From a virus: DNA of 64,000 nucleotides. The stretch covers positions 1-64,000 of the IMG/VR virus record IMGVR_UViG_3300008255_000101; one strand, 5' to 3'. This document shows, piece after piece, positions 1 through 5,339 of the stretch. Positions within the stretch are counted from its first letter, which is position 1. Each line of letters starts with the position of its first letter. Below the pieces are notes generated by a model. The model ran no database searches and was not told the origin of the DNA. It saw only the letters and a program-made list of their open reading frames with translations. The position numbers and the translations under genes are program-made.

Positions 1-82
1 AAAAAAGAGATCCTGACTCTGTTAGATTTATTAGTGTCTTGGGGGCTTCTTCTCGCTCATCCATAAGTTTGTCCTTTTCCAT
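1..82 (-). CDS. Start of second integron cassette ORF, runs off the window (MEKDKLMDEREEAPKTLINLTESGSLF...), function unknown
   Basis: Open frame from ATG 82 (or ATG 64, preceded by AAGGA) to the window edge; begins 13 nt after the attC core GTTAGAC, as is typical of cassette ORFs. Not in the ORF track because it is truncated. Confidence 0.6.
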   Translation of the reverse strand, partial: MEKDKLMDEREEAPKTLINLTESGSLF

Positions 83-95
83 TTTGTATTTGTCC

Positions 96-346
96 GTCTA
101 ACGTCCAGTTTAGCTGCGGCGCAAATGCGAGCCACTGGGAGAAAGCCCAGGCGTTACGATTTTCTGGTTCATGTCTGAAATGTAGTTTCCTAAACCAGGA
201 AATCGTGCAATGAGCTTCGAACGACTTACTGGCAGTCCTACTGCCAGTTGGAGTGGCGTTTCGCGAAGCGAAATGCGAATGCGAATTGCCGCCTGGAGCG
301 TCGACCGATGAATCACCTGCGCTGCCAGCTACAACGTTTGTTATGC
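96..346 (-). mobile_element. attC recombination site (integron cassette), unusually long (251 bp)
   Basis: Minus strand reads GCATAAC-AAACG-TTGTAGCTGGCAGCGCA ... TGCGCCGCAGCTAAA-CTGGAC-GTTAGAC. Inverse core at one end, GTTRRRY core at the other, complementary arms with two extra (extrahelical) bases in one arm, and a G-T pair favouring folding of the bottom (+) strand. The inverse core GCATAAC is the exact complement of GTTATGC at the cassette start (1108-1114). Confidence 0.85.
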
Positions 347-406
347 TATGGGTTACTATTCATGCACCGGGATTTTATTCAACCACTAAATATGGCCTAA
401 CTCTGA

Positions 407-718
407 TTAACTAACCAAAATCTTTGCAAGTTGTTTTTTGGTGCCACCCAATGAGATCAAGGAACGAATCATCAATTCAATTGATACGGAAGGATCAGCC
501 TTTTCAATTTTTGCAACGCGCGATTGACTAGACTTGATCAATTTTGCTAATGCAACTTGTGTTACGTTCTTGTCCTTGCGTGTATCTTGAATAGCTTTGG
601 CCAGCGCCAATTTCATATCAATTATCGCCATGTCAGCTCTGTCCAAGTCCAGAAACTCATCGACGTCACCAATTTTCCAACCCTTGGCAGCAATTCGTTC
701 TTTTTTGGATTTCAACAT
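407..718 (-). CDS. XRE/HTH antitoxin of type II TA pair (HigA-like)
   Basis: HTH segment TQVALAKLIKSSQSRVAKIEKADPSVSIELMIRSL; lies downstream of the toxin. Start at 718 chosen because GAGGTG precedes it (ORF track starts at 730). Confidence 0.85.
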   Translation of the reverse strand: MLKSKKERIAAKGWKIGDVDEFLDLDRADMAIIDMKLALAKAIQDTRKDKNVTQVALAKLIKSSQSRVAKIEKADPSVSIELMIRSLISLGGTKKQLAKILVS

Positions 719-726
719 ATCACACC

Positions 727-1056
727 TCATGCATCATAAGATGCCAAACGAGCCTTACAAAGCTCAATAGTTGCCTTCGTCGTCTTTTCTGACTTTTTCT
801 CTTCCCAATGAATCATTACAATGCAATCAGTATCAATTCGATAAAAGAATCTCCACGTTACTTTCTCGTCATTTATACGAAGCTCGTGAACTCTTTTACC
901 AACGGATGGCATTGGTCTGCTATGCGGCATTGAAAGCATTATCCCCGACTGAATTAGACGAATCAAATACCCAGTCTCAATTCTGGCAGCCATTGAAAAA
1001 GGCGGTGACTTTGGAACGCCGATCATCCACGCTAATGGTTTATGGTCTGGACTCAT
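727..1056 (-). CDS. Type II toxin, RelE/HigB superfamily (phage gp49-like)
   Basis: Motifs MPHSRPMPSVG..VHELRI..WRFFYRID...KKSEKT typical of gp49/HigB-like toxins; toxin-first order with the XRE antitoxin. Confidence 0.85.
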   Translation of the reverse strand: MSPDHKPLAWMIGVPKSPPFSMAARIETGYLIRLIQSGIMLSMPHSRPMPSVGKRVHELRINDEKVTWRFFYRIDTDCIVMIHWEEKKSEKTTKATIELCKARLASYDA

Positions 1057-1062
1057 GAGTTA

Positions 1063-1091
1063 AGTATATATCATATCTGACATATTGTCAA
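1063..1091 (-). promoter_or_regulatory. Sigma-70 promoter of the TA cassette with an overlapping palindromic operator; probably leaderless transcript
   Basis: Minus strand TTGACA-N17-TATACT, then only 6 nt to the toxin ATG. The imperfect palindrome ATATGTCA-GATA-TGATATAT fills the spacer. Confidence 0.8.
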
Positions 1092-1107
1092 GTCGCTATT
1101 TTCATTA

Positions 1108-1176
1108 GCATAACTCCGTATTTACCGGAAACATGTCCTCATAACATCTTTTAGGTGGACAACATTCCTCATAACA
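1108..1176 (-). mobile_element. attI-like integron site: core GTTATGC plus two upstream direct repeats
   Basis: Minus strand TGTTATGAGGA (1166-1176) ... TGTTATGAGGA (1136-1146) ... TCCGGTAAATACGGA-GTTATGC (core 1108-1114). Three GTTATG cores spaced about 30 bp apart. No upstream inverse core or complementary arm, so it is not an attC. Confidence 0.65.
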
Positions 1177-1187
1177 CACTTATTGAA

Positions 1188-1216
1188 AATATACTACAGT
1201 TCCCGACTTTTTTAAC
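1188..1216 (-). promoter_or_regulatory. Putative Pc-like promoter reading into attI (GTTAAAAAA-N14-TATATT)
   Basis: TTAAAA-N16-TATATT overlapping the glycosyltransferase stop codon; same architecture as the promoters at 10576-10605 and 10811-10840. Confidence 0.5.
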
Positions 1217-1919
1217 CCCATCTAAGCAAACTTCCTGATTTACCCTCAGATCTCATCTTAGAGGCCAGTATTTCCCTCTTACCGTGTTGGGTAGCGTCGT
1301 GATCCTTAGTGACTTGGGTGTCAAAGGTACCCCTGACCCAGGCGTACCTGGGAAATGTGCCGCAAGTTAAACCCAAATGGGCGCCTACGTCTCCTAACGA
1401 CATATCCTCATAACCCCACAAACCATCGAAGCAAGGATTAAACAGAAAGCCGCCGTTGTACGCGGTTATGGTGTTTAAGGCACTAGAGCTTATTAAAAAC
1501 CCAGCAGTGTATACTCCATTCTTACAGGACCCCCATTTATCGTTGGGGGAGAAGTCGAAGTCCTTGAAAAATTTTCGGTGATCGCGGGAAACCCCCAGCA
1601 GGGTGATGTCGTACTTACGGGAAGCCTCTTCTAGCAAACTATCGCTAAGACCCGACGGTACTCTGTCCCCGTCCAGCATAAGTACGGGGCTGGTGTACCC
1701 CACATGGGAAAGACCCACGTTCCTTACTCTACCTGCCTCCCAACCGTCACCATCGTCTTTAATGATGTACTCTTCCCCCAAACTGTCCAGTAGGTCCGAG
1801 GATCCGTCAGTACACCTATCCAGTACAAATAGCCTTGGGAAACTTAGCTGAGCTCTAAGGGAATACACCATCTCGCTTAGTAGCGCCGCCTGGTTATGGC
1901 TTATGATTACGACACGCAC
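1212..1919 (-). CDS. Glycosyltransferase family 2 (GT-A fold)
   Basis: N-terminal VVIISHNQ, DRCTDGS, DxD motif (MLDGD) and FDGLWGYED acceptor-side motif. Confidence 0.85.
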   Translation of the reverse strand: MRVVIISHNQAALLSEMVYSLRAQLSFPRLFVLDRCTDGSSDLLDSLGEEYIIKDDGDGWEAGRVRNVGLSHVGYTSPVLMLDGDRVPSGLSDSLLEEASRKYDITLLGVSRDHRKFFKDFDFSPNDKWGSCKNGVYTAGFLISSSALNTITAYNGGFLFNPCFDGLWGYEDMSLGDVGAHLGLTCGTFPRYAWVRGTFDTQVTKDHDATQHGKREILASKMRSEGKSGSLLRWG

Positions 1920-2401
1920 GGGTTAAACCTCAAGTAAGTGCTGGATGACCACAACCAACCCTCTCCACTTACCTGGTCAGCACTCCTTAAAGTTTGGAGA
2001 TGACCCTTGAAATCAAAAAACCCTGGTCCGTAGGTGGGGATGTCCACATAACCCACAACCCTCTTAAAAATGTGGGAGAATTCATCTGCCCTCAGCATTA
2101 CACCCTTGGGGCCCAATGTAGGCCCACCAGAGCCCCCAGGAGCTGCGAATAGGTTTAGGAATATAAAGGTACCCTGTGGGACCGGTAAATCACCTGTAAC
2201 CCCCAAATAGGCCACATCAGTGGCTAGCTGCAAACCTGACATCCTGGCTTCAGTCAAAAAAGAAGACCAGGAGGACTCCCAATGGGGTACCCTCTGGTCC
2301 AAATGAACAAAAAGTACGCAACGACCCTTAAGGACTTCATGGGGGGTTCTCGAATTCAAACCCCCACACATATCCTGGATCTTGCTGTACCCTGTTGCCA
2401 T
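1907..2401 (-). CDS. Hypothetical protein
   Basis: Fills the gap between the ParB-like and GT2 genes; ATG 2401 lies 1 nt after the ParB stop and is preferred over 2458. Confidence 0.6.
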   Translation of the reverse strand: MATGYSKIQDMCGGLNSRTPHEVLKGRCVLFVHLDQRVPHWESSWSSFLTEARMSGLQLATDVAYLGVTGDLPVPQGTFIFLNLFAAPGGSGGPTLGPKGVMLRADEFSHIFKRVVGYVDIPTYGPGFFDFKGHLQTLRSADQVSGEGWLWSSSTYLRFNPCVS

Positions 2402-2402
2402 G

Positions 2403-3281
2403 CTATGGGTTTTCACCAATAGGTTTGATGTTGACGGTAGCGCTGACATAGACGGCAAACTGGTCGGGGTTCTTCAAGTACTCCTTGTAGTACTCCAAGT
2501 CCACCGGTTGAATCTCGCGTTTAGATTCGATGATTAGTTGGTCACCTTCCAACTTCAGACGTCCGCTGAACTTGTCTTTCATGGCGGAGCTGTCCTGGGG
2601 ACCATCCTCGCCTTTGACCGGATCGTTCGTAGGAGAGATCTCCCCCTTGGGGGCAAGGCGATCCACAGCCGACGCCACCTTGGAAGCGGGCAACTCGTTA
2701 GCGATAATCATATCACATACGTCACGCACCACTTCGTCCCCCATGGAGAAAGCTCCGGCTTTGTTGAGGGCTTCCACATGGAGATCAGTGAAGGCGGGAT
2801 CGAGCTCGTCGGGGGTGCACAAGTTCTGAAGGGCGCTGGCTGGTAAATTTTCTAGGAAATCATCCATCTTCAAAAGGCGTTTGGCACGGGATTCCGTGGT
2901 CCATAGAATCTTTGCCAATTCCTTGGCACTCATCGAAGGGTCTTCCTCCTTAAGGGCCACAGCGGCCGAGGATAGCTCCATAGAACTGAGGCTAAGGCGC
3001 TGCACGTTTTCCGTGATGGACAGACGCAGAGCATCCTTGTTGTTGACATCCTTCAGGATGTACCAACTGTCTTCCAATTCTGTGTCCGGTCCGGTTATGC
3101 TCTCGATAGCGAGTTTCCTACGCCAACCTGCCAGCACTTCGTATTTATCACCCTTGGGTCTGAGCAGCAACTTGCTCAATAGACCGTCCAGGGTTATGGA
3201 GTCCGCTAGATCTTCGATGAGCTCCGGCGGGTATTCCTTACGGATATTTTGGGGGCTCTGTATGAGCTGGCTGATTTTCAT
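2403..3281 (-). CDS. ParB/Srx-domain protein with HTH
   Basis: SPQNIRKEY..IEDLADSI...GLL..LLLR...YEVLAGWRRKLA (GxRR motif), ENVQR..LS..E, then HTH-like SAKELAKILWTTESRAKRLL. Confidence 0.85.
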   Translation of the reverse strand: MKISQLIQSPQNIRKEYPPELIEDLADSITLDGLLSKLLLRPKGDKYEVLAGWRRKLAIESITGPDTELEDSWYILKDVNNKDALRLSITENVQRLSLSSMELSSAAVALKEEDPSMSAKELAKILWTTESRAKRLLKMDDFLENLPASALQNLCTPDELDPAFTDLHVEALNKAGAFSMGDEVVRDVCDMIIANELPASKVASAVDRLAPKGEISPTNDPVKGEDGPQDSSAMKDKFSGRLKLEGDQLIIESKREIQPVDLEYYKEYLKNPDQFAVYVSATVNIKPIGENP

Positions 3282-3437
3282 CTACTTTCTCCTGTTTGGG
3301 TATCCTTTTTCAGCAGATAGTTTCCTCCGGGCTTTCCTAAGGGCTGCCCGGGGATTGTTCCCACTGCCTACTTCTTTCTTGAAAACTTCTTGGAAACGGT
3401 CACTGGCCTTCTCGGCGCGAGTCAGTTTTACGGACAT
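3282..3437 (-). CDS. Small basic protein (51 aa, MSVKLTRAEKASDRFQEVFKK...RRK)
   Basis: Exactly fills the intergenic gap; AGGGG RBS; its TAG stop abuts the ParB ATG. Below the ORF-track length cutoff. Confidence 0.55.
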   Translation of the reverse strand: MSVKLTRAEKASDRFQEVFKKEVGSGNNPRAALRKARRKLSAEKGYPNRRK

Positions 3438-3448
3438 AAGGACCCCTG

Positions 3449-4474
3449 TCATTGCTTTTCATACTTAAGCCCCGCGAAGGATCCTATGACCCTTTCCACT
3501 TTGAGCCTGTTGGGAGCGTCGAAGTCCTTAGCTACCCGCCCAGCATGACGTACAAAATCCTTGGATGTCCCCATATCATCACCGGCATCCTGAGCTTCCA
3601 ACAGGATGGATCGTTTTAATTTACTGGGAGCGCCCTTGATTTTTGAAAGAAGCATGCATGATCTTTCCAAACCGGGGAAGGATCCTTCGGAGTCGGTCAG
3701 GCTATCTAGGTACCTTACCGCATCCTCGTGGACTCTTGAAGGGATGGAATTCAGCATCTCCTGAACCTCAGTGGGTTGTACCCTTGCGTATTGGATCTTG
3801 GCAAAGGGTTGGCCGCCATACTGAGCGACCGCGTAGGTCTTCGACTCTGCATGGTAGAGGAATGAGTCGATTATCAAGTCAGATGCTCCGACTTCGCTGG
3901 CAGTGATAGCCACACCCACGGTGTACTCTCCGTCCAACTCCTTATTGTAAATGATCCTGACATGAGTGGTCAGGCAATCCCTCTCCATACCTGTACAGGC
4001 ATCCTCATCCACATCTATGGTGACTTCCTCGGGAAACACCGCCAGGGATGAGACTATCTCATGCAGAGGTAGCACAGCATAATTTATGGGAAGCACCGCC
4101 CGTATGGCCTTAGTGGGGGCACCCTCACGGATGCGAAGCATCACCAGGGTCTCGTCCCCCTCTTTGGGGGCATAGGATGCTAGCCACTGGCCAACCATCT
4201 GGTTACGCACGTTGGGTCGATTACTGGCGAAAAAAGGAAATGGCACTCCCACAATCTTGCAGAACTGTCTCTGGGCCTGAGTCCTTACGGGGTCCATGGG
4301 CTTATCTGGGCTGGCCTTGAACATATACCGTTCGTTGGTAGCCTCATCATGCAAGTACATTTCCTCGTCATCCGAATGGAACTTCACCCTACGCAGATCT
4401 ATTACTACGTCGACACAGTTCTCATCGATGGCCTCCAGCCGCCGTATGACATCTTGAAGGTTTTCGGATCTCAT
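3449..4474 (-). CDS. DUF932-like phage/plasmid protein
   Basis: AQRQFCKIVGVP, IRAVLPINY and GVAITASEVGASDLIIDSFLY resemble the DUF932 signatures (IRAVLSxxY; GxxIxNSEVG). Confidence 0.6.
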   Translation of the reverse strand: MRSENLQDVIRRLEAIDENCVDVVIDLRRVKFHSDDEEMYLHDEATNERYMFKASPDKPMDPVRTQAQRQFCKIVGVPFPFFASNRPNVRNQMVGQWLASYAPKEGDETLVMLRIREGAPTKAIRAVLPINYAVLPLHEIVSSLAVFPEEVTIDVDEDACTGMERDCLTTHVRIIYNKELDGEYTVGVAITASEVGASDLIIDSFLYHAESKTYAVAQYGGQPFAKIQYARVQPTEVQEMLNSIPSRVHEDAVRYLDSLTDSEGSFPGLERSCMLLSKIKGAPSKLKRSILLEAQDAGDDMGTSKDFVRHAGRVAKDFDAPNRLKVERVIGSFAGLKYEKQ

Positions 4475-4635
4475 TTCTTGATACCCTTCGCTTCCTTATG
4501 CTCTTTAAAGCGGGGAAGACCACGTTTTAGACGCATGAATTCCTGGGATACAGCGGAACGGTTTCCCGTCCCGGAATCGAGCATGACCTTAAGCTCCTGT
4601 AGCCTCTGTAGGGTCTGCTGGTAGTCTAGTTGCAA
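4471..4635 (-). CDS. Small hypothetical protein (54 aa, MQLDYQQTLQRLQELKVMLD...)
   Basis: TTG start after GGAGG; stop overlaps the next ATG (ATGA); fills the gap. Confidence 0.55.
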   Translation of the reverse strand: MQLDYQQTLQRLQELKVMLDSGTGNRSAVSQEFMRLKRGLPRFKEHKEAKGIKK

Positions 4636-5318
4636 GTTTCTAGACCTCCACCCTCTTCGTACCTTTCCCGGAATTCCCTAAAGCGCTCACGGAGGGCGTG
4701 TCGGATATTGGTGACATAGGTGGGGGTTATTTTTTCTTCTTGTGAAAAATTGTAGGGACGCACGCCAGCCTTAGAACTCATGAGGTACCTGTGGTACAGC
4801 TCCCTGGTTCTGTCGGACAACTCTGAGCTTCCCTTGATCTCTTTTTCGAAAGCTTCGAACATGGCCATGAAGTTTTCTTCATGGAATTCGTTTCGTATTG
4901 CGGAGTGGTTGTACCTTCCATCCACCACAGTACCTTGGTACTTATGGTTCCCCCTCAGTCCGTTTTCGGCGGCTTGGGGGTTGAGGACTTCAAAGATATC
5001 CAGCACTTCGTTATTTTCATGACTCAGCATGACGGTGCACCATCTCGCATCACCTACCAGCCTACGATCACCCATGTACCCGTACACTGAGTTCTCTATG
5101 GCCTTGTAGATAAACCTGGCAAAAAAGTGCCCTACATGGCTTGTGATTTCCTTGTCGAACTTATCCAAAATCTTATTCCTGATCATGACCAGATAAAAAT
5201 TCTGAGCAAGGTCTTCGAGCAAGTCGGGGTCTACCCTCCTTACCACAAAAGCCAAAATTTTCCTAACCTCTTTGTCGTTCTTTTCGACAAAGTCCTTGAC
5301 ATTAAACGCAACTTTCAT
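4626..5318 (-). CDS. Phage-encoded sigma-70-family (ECF-like) factor
   Basis: Region-2-like DLLEDLAQNFYL...FARFIYKAIENSV and region-4-like LSDRTRELYHRY...FSQEEKITPTYVTNIRHALRERF. Confidence 0.65.
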   Translation of the reverse strand: MKVAFNVKDFVEKNDKEVRKILAFVVRRVDPDLLEDLAQNFYLVMIRNKILDKFDKEITSHVGHFFARFIYKAIENSVYGYMGDRRLVGDARWCTVMLSHENNEVLDIFEVLNPQAAENGLRGNHKYQGTVVDGRYNHSAIRNEFHEENFMAMFEAFEKEIKGSSELSDRTRELYHRYLMSSKAGVRPYNFSQEEKITPTYVTNIRHALRERFREFRERYEEGGGLETCN

Positions 5319-5339
5319 GTGAAAGAGCTCCCCTGGTTA

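Noticed and set aside
110-316. 68-aa ORF in the track
   Set aside because: Lies entirely inside the attC palindrome; no RBS or recognisable protein features.
1130-1176. Direct repeats read as a mini CRISPR array
   Set aside because: Only two 11-16-bp copies with a 30-bp period and no cas genes; each contains a GTTATG integrase-type core, which fits attI better.
1108-1200. Upstream site read as a second attC
   Set aside because: No inverse core or complementary arm upstream; the repeats are direct, not inverted.
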